DNA of 26,675 bases, taken from the IMG/VR virus record IMGVR_UViG_2522572021_000010. One strand, given 5' to 3'. Positions 1-9,142 of this stretch are shown piece after piece. Position numbers and translations under genes: made by a program. Origin of the DNA: a virus. Lineage: Duplodnaviria > Heunggongvirae > Uroviricota > Caudoviricetes. Each line of letters opens with the position of its first letter. Positions within the stretch are counted from its first letter, which is position 1. The notes below the pieces were generated by a model. That model did not search any database, was not told where the DNA came from, and was given only the letters and a program-made list of their open reading frames with translations.

Positions 1-1316
1 TCACGAGCCATAACCCAACTCCTTCAAATACCCTGCCATCTCAACTTCCAGCTTCGCCAGTTCCACCTTCAGTTGCTCACGCTCTGCTCGCACCGCCACC
101 AGGTCAATCTCATCCTCTTCTTCAAAGGTATCGACATAGCGCGGAATATTGAGGTTGTAATCGTTGTCCTGAATTTCCTTCAGGCTGGCAAGATAGGCGT
201 ATTTCTCGACGTTATCGCCATCACGGTAGGTCTTGACGATTTTCTTAATGTTTTCTTCGCTAAGCTGGTTCTGGTTTTTACCTGCCTTGAATTCACGGCT
301 GGCATCGATAAACAGCACCTTGTCATCAACTTTCTACTTTTTGAAAATCAGAATCGCAGCCGGAATCCCCGTACCGTAGAACAGTTTTTCCGGCAGACCA
401 ATTACCGCATCCAGCAAATTTTCGTCGATCAGTTTCTGGCGAATTTTACCTTCGCTGGAGCCACGGAAAAGCACACCGTGTGGCACAACTACGCCCATAC
501 GGCCAGTTCCCGGTTTCAGGGTTTCGATCATATGCGAGATAAAAGCGTAATCTCCTTTAGTCTTCGGCGGTACACCGCGACGAAAACGGCCAAACTTATC
601 GTTCTCGGCCTCGTCATGGCCCCACTTATCGAGGCTGAACGGTGGGTTAGCGGTCACGATATCAAACAGCATCAGGTCGCCATTTTTATCGAGCAGCTTC
701 GGGTTACGAATGGTATCGCCCCACTCGATTTTATGGTTGTCTTCCCCGTGCAGGAACATATTCATTTTCGCCAGCGACCACGTAGAACCGATCGCTTCCT
801 GACCGAACAAGGCATAGTTACGACTATCATGCCCGGAGACAATTTTACGCCCACACTTCATCAATAATGAACCGGAACCACAGGCTGGATCGCAGATGGT
901 ATCACCCGGTTGCGGATCGAGCAGTTCTGCAATCAGGTCCGAAACTTCCGGCGGGGTATAGAACTCCCCGGCTTTCTGCCCACCGCTGGCGGCAAAGTTT
1001 TTGATCAGGTATTCGTAAGCATTGCCGATAACGTCCAGCGTACCGACACGACTCGGCTTCAGGTTGAGATCTTCACCGGCGAAGTCTTCCAGTAGCTGAC
1101 GCAGTATGGTGTTTTTCTGTTTTTCTTCGCCAAGACGATCGGTGTTAAACGAAATATCCTGGAACACGCTTTTCCCGGCATCTTTCAGTTTGGTTCCGTT
1201 GGCTTCTTCGATTGCATGCAGAGCCTGATCGATACGCTCACCGTTACCCAGCTCATGGCGGCGTTCGTACAGCGCATAAAAGCTGGCACTTTTTGGCAGT
1301 ACAAAACGCTCGTTGG
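1..1316 (-). pseudogene. hsdM: Type I restriction-modification N6-adenine DNA methyltransferase subunit (HsdM), disrupted
   Basis: Two same-frame minus-strand ORFs (334-1167 and 1-318) carry gamma-class N6-adenine methyltransferase motifs DPACGSG and NPPF. They are separated by an in-frame TAG at 334-336. The frame stays open upstream to 1316, where it runs into the IS inverted repeat without a plausible start, so the N-terminus is missing. Confidence 0.75.
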
Positions 1317-1370
1317 TGAACCGCCCCGGGAATCCTGGAGACTAAACTTCCTGAGAAAGAGGTAAACAGG

Positions 1371-1697
1371 ATGACTAAAAATACTCGTTTTTCCCCTGAA
1401 GTCCGTCAACGGGCAGTCCGTATGGTTCTGGAAAGTCAGGGCGAATATGACTCACAATGGGCGACAATTTGTTCCATTGCTCCAAAGATTGGCTGTACGC
1501 CGGAGACTCTGCGTGTCTGGGTTCGCCAGCATGAGCGGGATACCGGGGGCGGTGATGGAGGGCTCACCACCGCTGAACGTCAGCGTCTGAAAGAGCTGGA
1601 GCGTGAAAATCGTGAACTGCGCCGCAGTAACGATATCCTTCGCCAGGCTTCCGCTTATTTTGCGAAGGCGGAGTTCGACCGCCTCTGGAAAAAATGA
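1371..1697 (+). CDS. IS3-family transposase OrfA (helix-turn-helix, leucine-zipper part)
   Basis: 108 aa ORF starting [16 protein letters not shown]; coiled-coil segment [13 protein letters not shown] typical of IS3 OrfA; ends in AAAAAATGA overlapping orfB. Confidence 0.9.
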   Translation: MTKNTRFSPEVRQRAVRMVLESQGEYDSQWATICSIAPKIGCTPETLRVWVRQHERDTGGGDGGLTTAERQRLKELERENRELRRSNDILRQASAYFAKAEFDRLWKK

Positions 1698-2584
1698 TGC
1701 CACTGCTGGATAAGCTGCGTGAGCAGTACGGGGTCGGACCGCTATGCAGCGAACTGCATATTGCCCCGTCAACGTATTACCACTGTCAGCAACAGCGACA
1801 TCATCCGGATAAACGCAGTGCCCGTGCGCAGCGCGATGACTGGCTGAAGAAAGAGATACAGCGCGTATACGATGAAAATCACAAGGTATACGGTGTGCGT
1901 AAAGTCTGGCGTCAGTTGTTACGGGAAGGTATCAGAGTGGCCAGATGCACTGTGGCACGTCTCATGGCGGTTATGGGACTTGCCGGTGTTCTCCGGGGTA
2001 AAAAGGTCCGTACGACCATCAGCCGGAAAGCCGTTGCCGCAGGCGACCGCGTAAACCGTCAGTTCGTGGCAGAACGACCTGACCAGCTGTGGGTGGCTGA
2101 TTTTACTTACGTCAGCACATGGCAGGGCTTCGTCTATGTGGCGTTCATCATTGATGTGTTTGCCGGATACATTGTGGGGTGGCGGGTCTCATCGTCCATG
2201 GAGACGACATTCGTGCTGGATGCACTGGAGCAGGCGTTATGGGCCCGTCGACCGTCCGGCACGGTCCATCACAGTGATAAAGGTTCTCAGTATGTATCGC
2301 TGGCCTACACACAGCGGCTTAAGGAAGCCGGATTACTGGCATCAACAGGAAGTACAGGCGACTCGTATGACAACGCGATGGCGGAGAGCATCAATGGTCT
2401 TTACAAAGCGGAGGTAATACACCGTAAGAGCTGGAAAAACCGTGCAGAAGTGGAACTGGCCACACTCACGTGGGTGGACTGGTATAACAATCGACGATTG
2501 CTGGAAAGGCTGGGCCATACTCCTCCGGCAGAAGCAGAAAAAGCTTATTATGCTTCCATCGGAAACGATGATCTGGCAGCCTGA
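1694..2584 (+). CDS. IS3-family transposase OrfB (DDE integrase domain), probably expressed as OrfAB fusion by -1 frameshift
   Basis: 296 aa ORF in -1 frame relative to orfA, overlapping at ATGA; rve-type catalytic region (WVADFTYV ... HSDKGSQY ... DNAMAES). Confidence 0.9.
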   Translation: MMPLLDKLREQYGVGPLCSELHIAPSTYYHCQQQRHHPDKRSARAQRDDWLKKEIQRVYDENHKVYGVRKVWRQLLREGIRVARCTVARLMAVMGLAGVLRGKKVRTTISRKAVAAGDRVNRQFVAERPDQLWVADFTYVSTWQGFVYVAFIIDVFAGYIVGWRVSSSMETTFVLDALEQALWARRPSGTVHHSDKGSQYVSLAYTQRLKEAGLLASTGSTGDSYDNAMAESINGLYKAEVIHRKSWKNRAEVELATLTWVDWYNNRRLLERLGHTPPAEAEKAYYASIGNDDLAA

Positions 2585-2630
2585 GTTCACAGATAAAACA
2601 CTCTCCAGGAAACCCGGGGCGGTTCAGTGA

Positions 2631-2837
2631 TGGAGGGACGTTCGAGACAATATTGAGCGCCGTGCTTATGAAATTGCACTGGCATCACTGGAAGCAGAGC
2701 CAGTAGCATGGATGCATGTAAATAACGGCATCGGAATACCAGCAATAACAAGGAGTAAAGAGGTTGCAGAGAGTTGGTTATCAAAAGGCTGGTATGTCCA
2801 ACCCTTGCATCTAGCCCAGCCTGCATCAAAGCTATAG
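2631..2837 (+). pseudogene. Orphan 3' end of an unidentified plus-strand gene, truncated at the IS junction
   Basis: Open frame from just after a TGA at 2628-2630 to TAG at 2835-2837 (...RRAYEIALASLEAEPVAWMHVNNGIGIPAITRSKEVAESWLSKGWYVQPLHLAQPASKL), with no credible start; followed by an intrinsic terminator. Family not recognised. Confidence 0.3.
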
Positions 2838-2847
2838 AAATGAGCCA

Positions 2848-2875
2848 AAACGCCCTCTTCCAGGGCGTTTATTTT
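2848..2875 (+). terminator. Rho-independent terminator-like hairpin
   Basis: Stem AAACGCCCT (2848-2856), loop CTTCC, stem AGGGCGTTT (2862-2870), then ATTTT; directly downstream of the stop at 2835-2837. Confidence 0.5.
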
Positions 2876-2877
2876 AA

Positions 2878-2904
2878 TGCACAATAGTGCACAAATTTGC
2901 ACAA
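2878..2904. repeat. Three 10-bp-phased direct repeats of TGCACAA (candidate protein-binding array)
   Basis: TGCACAA at 2878-2884, 2888-2894 and 2898-2904, exactly one helical turn apart, followed by T7. A fourth copy sits at 2970-2976 next to the palindrome AAAAAACGCGTTTTTT (2976-2991) and a GGATCCGT direct repeat (2948-2955, 2959-2966). Confidence 0.6.
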
Positions 2905-3277
2905 TTTTTTTGAACGACTTTTTGCCCTTCCGGCCCCCGTGGCGGCTGGATCCGTCAAGGATCCGTGCGTGCACAAAAAAACGCGTTTTTTCTGCGCGCA
3001 GGTGACGGGGGAACAGCCCGCGTTTCAGGGGGTAAATAGCGTTCCCTTAACGATGTCGCAGCGACACGACAGAATGGCCGTATTTCTCACGCTGAGCGTG
3101 AAAAATACGTGAGGGATTCTGATTTGATGGGGTGAAAGGTAAGGCCGTCAAAATCGCACTGAGGCGGCGAGAACATGCAGTCAACGCGGTGGGATTGCGT
3201 AAGAGTCTGACCGTCGATGGTGGCGATAAACTGGAAGGCGTCGTGAAATTATCTGACTGATACAGGAGCTGGAGAGT

Positions 3278-3300
3278 CGGGGCATAAATTTTTTATGCCC
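3278..3300 (-). terminator. Stable hairpin 3' of the portal gene (possible Q-operon terminator or cos-proximal structure)
   Basis: GGGGCATAAA (3278-3287), loop TTT, TTTATGCCCC (3291-3300), 29 bp beyond the Q stop; no clear U-tract on the Q strand. Confidence 0.25.
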
Positions 3301-3328
3301 CGGCGAAGCAGCAGACAAGCGAAGCGCG

Positions 3329-4375
3329 TCAGGATGTGGGCTGGATGTCTAACAGTGCGTAAGGGTTAAAGCGGATCACCTCTTCGCCAAGCCAGTCATT
3401 GATGTGCTTCATGGCCTCCATGACGGGCATCAGCTCGTTAATTGCGTAAACTCGCGCGGCCTTCTCCACATCACCAAACGCACTTTTTTCACCCGGCATC
3501 GCCCCCATCAGTTGCGGCGGAACGCGGTGCGCAGCCAGCACATCATCACGGGATGCCGCCTTAACATTCATGAACTCATCCTTTGCGGTGATCTGCTGGA
3601 ACGGCAAAATTTGCACCCCCTCTTTGCCCCCGTTGGGCGCATGAATGAGCACGTTTTTAAACGCACCACCACCACGCGCGCCCTGTAACGTTTCTTTCAG
3701 GGAGTCCATGCTTTCGCGGTTTACCTGCGCTGCACCAATGTAGATGATGCACCCGGCGTGGGAGCCGTTGTCGTAGTACAGTTTTCTGAACATGTCCGCC
3801 GAATGAGAAAGGCTGGCCGAGAGTAATGCGCCAAGATATTCCGGCATGCCGTAGATTTCCTGATTAATATCCGGATTCATCAGATGGCACACTTTGCCAG
3901 GGCGAAACTGAAACGCGTCCTTGCCATCCTGCACATACCACCATGATTCAAGATCGCTTCCGCGTCGCATGTATTTCGCCAGTGCGTGCCGTAATTTAAG
4001 CGGTTCGCCGAGCATATTGCTTCGAAGCTCAAGGAATGCGTTACCGAACACAAACCAGTCCAGCGCCAGCGCCGAGAAATCCTGCCGGGAAAGCAGCGGG
4101 TGCGGAATATAGCAGCCGAGCAATACATTGCGCTTAAAGTAAAGCGCAGACTGATGCCAGGACGTTTGCCGGGCAGCTCTTGCCAGACCGTACCAGTCTA
4201 CCGGGGTTTCATACCACCGCCCGTTATCAGCACAGTACATATTGTCCAGCAGGTCATGCCCGGTCAGGCGATAAGGACCATCAAATGTGAATGCACTGAG
4301 CGATGATTCTTTCCTGAGCGCATCAGCGAGATCAATGCGTGAACTCATGCGCACTTTTTTATTTTTTCTGCTCAT
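3329..4375 (-). CDS. Q: Portal protein (P2 gpQ homologue)
   Basis: 348 aa; size and position match P2 Q, immediately downstream of and overlapping (ATGA) the terminase large subunit gene. Confidence 0.85.
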   Translation of the reverse strand: MSRKNKKVRMSSRIDLADALRKESSLSAFTFDGPYRLTGHDLLDNMYCADNGRWYETPVDWYGLARAARQTSWHQSALYFKRNVLLGCYIPHPLLSRQDFSALALDWFVFGNAFLELRSNMLGEPLKLRHALAKYMRRGSDLESWWYVQDGKDAFQFRPGKVCHLMNPDINQEIYGMPEYLGALLSASLSHSADMFRKLYYDNGSHAGCIIYIGAAQVNRESMDSLKETLQGARGGGAFKNVLIHAPNGGKEGVQILPFQQITAKDEFMNVKAASRDDVLAAHRVPPQLMGAMPGEKSAFGDVEKAARVYAINELMPVMEAMKHINDWLGEEVIRFNPYALLDIQPTS

Positions 4376-6126
4376 CAGAACTCCATAACCGTGAAACGCT
4401 CGTTTTCTCCTTCGCCGCCAATCGGTTCGTTAATGACAGCAAGCATGGTTGCCCACGCAAGGTCGCCGTGGCTGATCCCCCTCGCGCGGTCCGTTTCGTA
4501 AGTGATAAAGCCGCCCGGTGTTTTCACCTTACGCACGGCGTTAAAGGCCGCGACCAGCTCGCGTTCGGCGCGATCGTATTCCCACCGCCCGGCACGCATT
4601 ATTTGCAGCATTTTCAGTACCAGCGACCGTTTTGATGACAGCGTGAAGGTGTACGGAATAGCAGCAGGGAAAAAACGTTTCACTATCTGATAAACAGCCT
4701 CCCCGTTCCCGCCCGTCACATCAATGCCGATGTGTTCCACGTTGTAGCGATACGTGAACTCTTCAATGACTCTGGCCTGTTCTTCAAACTCCAGCCCCTG
4801 AACGCGTCGCGTCTCCACCGTTCGAAAACGGCCACCAGGAACAGCCGGAGGAACCACCACGGACACAGCGCCGCTGTCGCCGTTGCCACTGCTGCCGTTT
4901 GCGTCATACCCAATCCATACCGGACGATTCCCCATCGGGCGGGGAGCAAAAGGTTTCCAGTCTTTCCAGTCGTCGTATCCGTCAACACCGCAGCCAATCA
5001 GGATATTCAGGTTAAATGCCGATTCCCCTTCGCGAACAAACTCACACATATAGAGATTGAGGAACTCGTCTTCGGTATTTTCATCACGAATTTCGTCGAT
5101 ATCGGTGTGTTTCCAGCCGTGATTAACCACATCTTCCAGCGTGACAATTTGCCGCCACGTCCGGTCAGGGCAGATAAGCCCGTTATGCAGCGTTTTCCAG
5201 TCCACAGAAAAACGCTGGCGTTTATGCGAGGCCTTTTTCTCGTTCCAGCGGTCGCCGTTCCAGTAGGCGTATGCCTCGTGCGTTTCGGTGGATGGCGTGG
5301 AGAAGTAGGTGCGCCGCAGTCCGCTGAGGGTTGCCATAGCGCCAGCCACCTTGCGCAGTTCAGCAAAGCGACTGACCCAGAAAAATTCATCAAAATAAAA
5401 ATTGCCCGTATAGGACTGTGCCGACGCAGCAGAAGTGCCGAGAAAATGCAGCTCTGCGCCGTTGGAGAGGATGATTTTATCGCCCCCTTTCAGCTCCACA
5501 TCAACTTCAGCCGCGGCCTTCTGAATAATGCTTTTAAACTGGAACGCCTGACGACGCGACGCAGACAAAAAAATCTGGTTACGCTGGTAAGGTTGCGCCA
5601 CATCGTCACGCAGCGCCATCAGCAGTGCTTCCTGTGCAAAATACCAGGTCGCCCCAATCTGTCGGGATTTCAGGATCATCCTGTTACGTATCCCGGCTTC
5701 CCTGCAAAGGGTCAGGGAGTCAAACCAGCCCCGCTGATGCCACTCCAGCCTGCTGATGATTTTTTCCCGCAGTGCGGCAATCTGTTCCGGCGTGAAATGA
5801 TTTTTGAGTTTTTTCGCCCGGCCTTTCTTTCCTGCGGCCATCACATCCGGCTGGCCATCATGTAGCTTTTTAAGCTGCCGGGTCAGCAGGTCTATTTCCT
5901 TAAAGTCACCGCCTGTTTTATTCTGTTTTTCAGTAAGCTGGATGAGGCGCGCATCGATGGACTGCGTGACACGCTGCACGGGTGGCGTTTCATCCCACTG
6001 GTCACGTTTTTTCCACGCATAAATCGTGTTCGGGTTTATTCCCATCAGACGTGATATTTCTGCGGGCGGATAACCCTGCCAGTAAAGTTGCCGCGCACGC
6101 TGGCGCACAAAAGCGTCCTGAATCAT
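4375..6126 (-). CDS. P: Terminase large (ATPase) subunit (P2 gpP homologue)
   Basis: 583 aa; N-terminal VRQRARQLYWQGYPPAEISRLMGINPNTIYAWKKRDQWDE closely resembles the P2 gpP N-terminus; divergent from the O operon as in P2. Confidence 0.9.
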   Translation of the reverse strand: MIQDAFVRQRARQLYWQGYPPAEISRLMGINPNTIYAWKKRDQWDETPPVQRVTQSIDARLIQLTEKQNKTGGDFKEIDLLTRQLKKLHDGQPDVMAAGKKGRAKKLKNHFTPEQIAALREKIISRLEWHQRGWFDSLTLCREAGIRNRMILKSRQIGATWYFAQEALLMALRDDVAQPYQRNQIFLSASRRQAFQFKSIIQKAAAEVDVELKGGDKIILSNGAELHFLGTSAASAQSYTGNFYFDEFFWVSRFAELRKVAGAMATLSGLRRTYFSTPSTETHEAYAYWNGDRWNEKKASHKRQRFSVDWKTLHNGLICPDRTWRQIVTLEDVVNHGWKHTDIDEIRDENTEDEFLNLYMCEFVREGESAFNLNILIGCGVDGYDDWKDWKPFAPRPMGNRPVWIGYDANGSSGNGDSGAVSVVVPPAVPGGRFRTVETRRVQGLEFEEQARVIEEFTYRYNVEHIGIDVTGGNGEAVYQIVKRFFPAAIPYTFTLSSKRSLVLKMLQIMRAGRWEYDRAERELVAAFNAVRKVKTPGGFITYETDRARGISHGDLAWATMLAVINEPIGGEGENERFTVMEF

Positions 6127-6187
6127 TGCTCCCCCTGAGTAATTACAGGAAGATTACCCGCGAGCGAAACTGTTCTCCTTAACCCTC

Positions 6188-6211
6188 TGTTCTGGCCGTT
6201 TTCTTACAACA
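6188..6211 (+). promoter_or_regulatory. Candidate Ogr-type late promoter element upstream of O (imperfect TGT-N12-ACA dyad)
   Basis: TGTTCT-N12-ACAACA at 6188-6211; the centre is about 80 bp upstream of the O start at 6281, in the divergent P/O intergenic region. Spacing is imperfect (TCT-N12-ACA or TGT-N15-ACA). Confidence 0.25.
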
Positions 6212-6280
6212 AAAGCCCTTTGTATCAGCCTGTTACGCTTTGCCATCATGACTGAAGAACCAGTCAGAGGGGCAAAAACT

Positions 6281-7117
6281 ATGGCTAATGAAAAAAAGAC
6301 ATCCCGCAAAAAGTTTCGCGTGGCTGTCTCCGGATCAACTGTTGATGGCCGTGAAATCAGTCCGGTGCATCTGCGTGAAGCCGCCGAGAACTTCAACCCG
6401 GATGTTTACGCTGCCCGCGTGAACGTTGAGCACTATCTCTCGCCATGCCCGTCAAGCGAATTTTCCGCAATGGGCGATGTCACCGCATTGAGTACGGAAG
6501 ACATTACGGAAGGTCCGCTGGCCGGACGTACTGCGCTGTATGCAGAAATCGAACCGACCGAGCGCATGAAGCAGCTTGTTGCGGACGGCAAGAAAATCTA
6601 TTCCAGTATCGAACTGCACCCGCAGTTCTCCGTTAACGGGCGCGCCTATCTGGTCGGGCTGGCGATGACCGACACCCCGGCAAGCCTGGGCACTGAGCGC
6701 CTGAAATTCACGGCACAGCAACGTCAGGCGGTGATGACGTTTAACAGTATCCAGGGTGAAGCGCCGCTTATCTCCGAAGCCATCGAGTCTGAAATCATCG
6801 AAATGGCAGAACAACGCCAGGAAGAAGGCACCCAGTGGTTTAACCGCGTAATGGGGATTATTGGCCGTGGCCGCAAAGCGGATGACGCCAGTTTTTCCCG
6901 TATTCAGGAAGCGGTGGAAGGCGTCGCAACGTCACAGGCCGACATTATCGACCGTTTTAATGTGCTGGAAACCCGCCATCAGCAGGACCGCCAGAAAATT
7001 ACGTCACTGACCACAGAGCTGGCAGCACTGAAGGAAAAACTGCGCACGCAGGACGGCGATCCGCAGAACCGCTTCACCGCAACGGGCGCAGCCTCCGACC
7101 AGCTGGCCGACTTCTGA
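6281..7117 (+). CDS. O: Capsid scaffolding protein (P2 gpO homologue)
   Basis: Start chosen at the ATG at 6281, preceded by AGAGGGG; the ORF-track start at 6248 has no ribosome-binding site. Sequence FRVAVSGSTVDGREISPVHLREAAENFNPDVY resembles the gpO N-terminus. Confidence 0.85.
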   Translation: MANEKKTSRKKFRVAVSGSTVDGREISPVHLREAAENFNPDVYAARVNVEHYLSPCPSSEFSAMGDVTALSTEDITEGPLAGRTALYAEIEPTERMKQLVADGKKIYSSIELHPQFSVNGRAYLVGLAMTDTPASLGTERLKFTAQQRQAVMTFNSIQGEAPLISEAIESEIIEMAEQRQEEGTQWFNRVMGIIGRGRKADDASFSRIQEAVEGVATSQADIIDRFNVLETRHQQDRQKITSLTTELAALKEKLRTQDGDPQNRFTATGAASDQLADF

Positions 7118-7140
7118 TAAGACAAAGGAGCAAATTTTTT

Positions 7141-8193
7141 ATGAATCTGGTGATGTCAGATATTACCCGCAACAAGCTGGGTTGCTATATGGCGCAGCAG
7201 GCGTCGCTTAATAATATCCCGGTATCTGCACTGGTGTCGCGATTTACCGTGGAACCCGCGGTGCAGCAGCGTTTTGAAAACGCCTCAAAGGAAAGTACCG
7301 AATTTACGAAAAGAATTAACGTGATCGGCGTGACCGACCAGAAAGGCGAAAAAATCCTCCTGGATACCACAGGACCGATTGCGCGCACGAATACCAGTTA
7401 TGACGGCACAAAACGCCGTAACCCGAATAACGTGGTTGATCTGAAAAACCGCAAATATCAGTGTGAACAGGTGAACTACGACACGTTTATTTCGTATCCG
7501 CAGCTTGATGCCTGGTCGGCACACCCTGATTTTCAGTCCCGCATCAGCGCACAGATTGCCCGACAGGTGGCGCTTGACCGCATCATGATCGGTTTCAACG
7601 GCACGTCTCACGCGGATGAGTCCAACTTCAGCACCAACAAGCTGCTTCAGGACGTTAACGTGGGCTGGCTGGAGCACATCAGAACCGACGCCAGCGAACG
7701 CGTTATGAATGACGTGACGCTGACCTCCCGCAACATGGACAACACCGTGGCGCACGCGGGTAAGTATGCGAACGCTGATGCACTGGTACAGGACGCGCGT
7801 TCATCCCTGCTGGATGAATGGCACAAGGAAGCTGACGACCTCGTGGTGATTATGGGGCGCAACCTGTTTAACTCGCTGCGTCTGCCCGTGCTGAACAGCA
7901 TCAGCGGCCAGAATCCCAATGCGGAATTACTCGCCGGGCAGCTCATCCTGTCATCGCGCACCATTGGCGGGCTGGGCGTGTTCCTTGCGCCGTTCTTCCC
8001 GGATGCAACGATGCTGATCACCTCGTTCAACAACCTGTCGATTTACTGGCAGAAAGGTTCAATGCGTCGCCTGATGAAAGACGAGCCGGAATACAACCGC
8101 ATCGCCACCTACCAGTCCATCAATGACGCTTATGTCGTTGAAGACTATGGCAAGTGCGCGATGGTTACTGGCCTGAAGTTCGCCGACAGCTAA
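7141..8193 (+). CDS. N: Major capsid protein (P2 gpN homologue)
   Basis: 350 aa with multiple conserved blocks shared with P2 N (FTVEP, GEKI, LQDVNVGWL, RVM..VT, NLSIYWQ); followed by a GC-rich hairpin at 8203-8221. Confidence 0.9.
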   Translation: MNLVMSDITRNKLGCYMAQQASLNNIPVSALVSRFTVEPAVQQRFENASKESTEFTKRINVIGVTDQKGEKILLDTTGPIARTNTSYDGTKRRNPNNVVDLKNRKYQCEQVNYDTFISYPQLDAWSAHPDFQSRISAQIARQVALDRIMIGFNGTSHADESNFSTNKLLQDVNVGWLEHIRTDASERVMNDVTLTSRNMDNTVAHAGKYANADALVQDARSSLLDEWHKEADDLVVIMGRNLFNSLRLPVLNSISGQNPNAELLAGQLILSSRTIGGLGVFLAPFFPDATMLITSFNNLSIYWQKGSMRRLMKDEPEYNRIATYQSINDAYVVEDYGKCAMVTGLKFADS

Positions 8194-8238
8194 TCAACTC
8201 ACGGCGGGCATCATGCCCGCCTGTAACGGAGAGAAAAA

Positions 8239-9039
8239 ATGATTACTCCTGCACAACAACACTGGCAGAACGTGATGGCACAGCGCGCAGGCCGGGCGAA
8301 TGAAGGCGTGGACCACGCCGCGCGTACCGCGCATGAAGAGGTGCTGTATCGTCTGCGTCTGGCACAGGCCCGGCTTAAGGGCGTACAGGCCAGAAGCGCG
8401 AAAGCCGCCATCAAAAAAGAGTTGTTGCCGGATTTTTCCGGCTGGATTGAGGGAACGCTGGAGGCTGACGGCGGGCAGCAGGATGAAGTGATTGCCACGC
8501 TGATGGTGTGGGCGATTGACTGTGGCGATCTTCCGCTTGCGCTGCGTATTGGTGCGTATGTGGTCCGTCACAACCTCATCATGCCGGATAACTTTGGCCG
8601 TACTGCTGCCACGGTACTGACCGAAGAAATCTGTAATCCGGTACTGACGCAGGCCGGGACGGATGCCGACGCGGATTTGTCCGCCTTTATCGAACCACTG
8701 GACACCCTCCGGGAGATTGTCACCGACCAGGACATGCCGGACGAAGTGCGCGCCAAATTATGCAAAGCGTGCGCCTTTGCCCGCCGTGGCCTGAGTGATG
8801 CGGACAGCATGGCCCTGTCACTGAAGCTGCTGCGCGAAGCAATGCACCTGAACCCGAACGCAGGTGTGAAACGCGAGATTGCAACCCTTTCCCGCGCCCT
8901 GAAAAAAGCCGATTCCGCAGCCGAACCAGAAGACGCCAGCGCACAGCAGGCGCAGGACGAAAGCAGCAAAAGTAAAAAGACAACGCGGAAGCCTGCAACA
9001 CGAAAAACCACCGCGACGCAGAAGGCGAAGCGCGGTTAA
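8239..9039 (+). CDS. M: Terminase small (endonuclease) subunit (P2 gpM homologue)
   Basis: 266 aa; conserved position after N; basic, Lys/Arg-rich C-terminus; GGAGAG ribosome-binding site upstream. Confidence 0.8.
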   Translation: MITPAQQHWQNVMAQRAGRANEGVDHAARTAHEEVLYRLRLAQARLKGVQARSAKAAIKKELLPDFSGWIEGTLEADGGQQDEVIATLMVWAIDCGDLPLALRIGAYVVRHNLIMPDNFGRTAATVLTEEICNPVLTQAGTDADADLSAFIEPLDTLREIVTDQDMPDEVRAKLCKACAFARRGLSDADSMALSLKLLREAMHLNPNAGVKREIATLSRALKKADSAAEPEDASAQQAQDESSKSKKTTRKPATRKTTATQKAKRG

Positions 9040-9142
9040 CGACTGACCCCGTCAGCGGGCGGCGTGCGCGGTGTTCCGGTTTGACTCCGTGACCGTTTAC
9101 ACCGCGCACCCACCGCCCGATTTTTTTTCAGGAGTGAACCCC

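Larger units (their letters stand above)
1317..2626 (+). mobile_element. IS3-family insertion sequence, IS629-like (1310 bp)
   Basis: Terminal inverted repeats TGAACCGCCCCGGG (1317-1330) and CCCGGGGCGGTTCA (2613-2626). Two overlapping ORFs (orfA, orfB in -1 frame) with an A6 run at the overlap. Proteins match the IS629 transposase as remembered ([19 protein letters not shown]...). Confidence 0.8.

Noticed and set aside
73-867. 264-aa plus-strand ORF
   Set aside because: Lies entirely antisense to the hsdM catalytic domain and has no recognisable motifs; shadow ORF of a GC-rich coding region.
1314-2629. 3-bp target-site duplication flanking the IS
   Set aside because: Flanking triplets TGG and GTG are not identical, so no duplication is called.
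2666-2974. 102-aa minus-strand ORF
   Set aside because: Overlaps the terminator and the repeat array, antisense to the plus-strand gene fragment; no start context; likely spurious.
3150-3200. P2-type cos site (GGCGAGGCGGGGAAAGCAC-like) near GAGGCGGCGAGAACATGC
   Set aside because: Resemblance is too weak to call by eye; the cos position remains undetermined.
4732-5865. 377-aa plus-strand ORF
   Set aside because: Antisense to the terminase large subunit gene; low-complexity translation; shadow ORF.
9071-9142. N-terminal extension of the L ORF (ORF track start at 9071)
   Set aside because: No ribosome-binding site; the ATG at 9143 has AGGAG at the right distance and gives a P2-like length.
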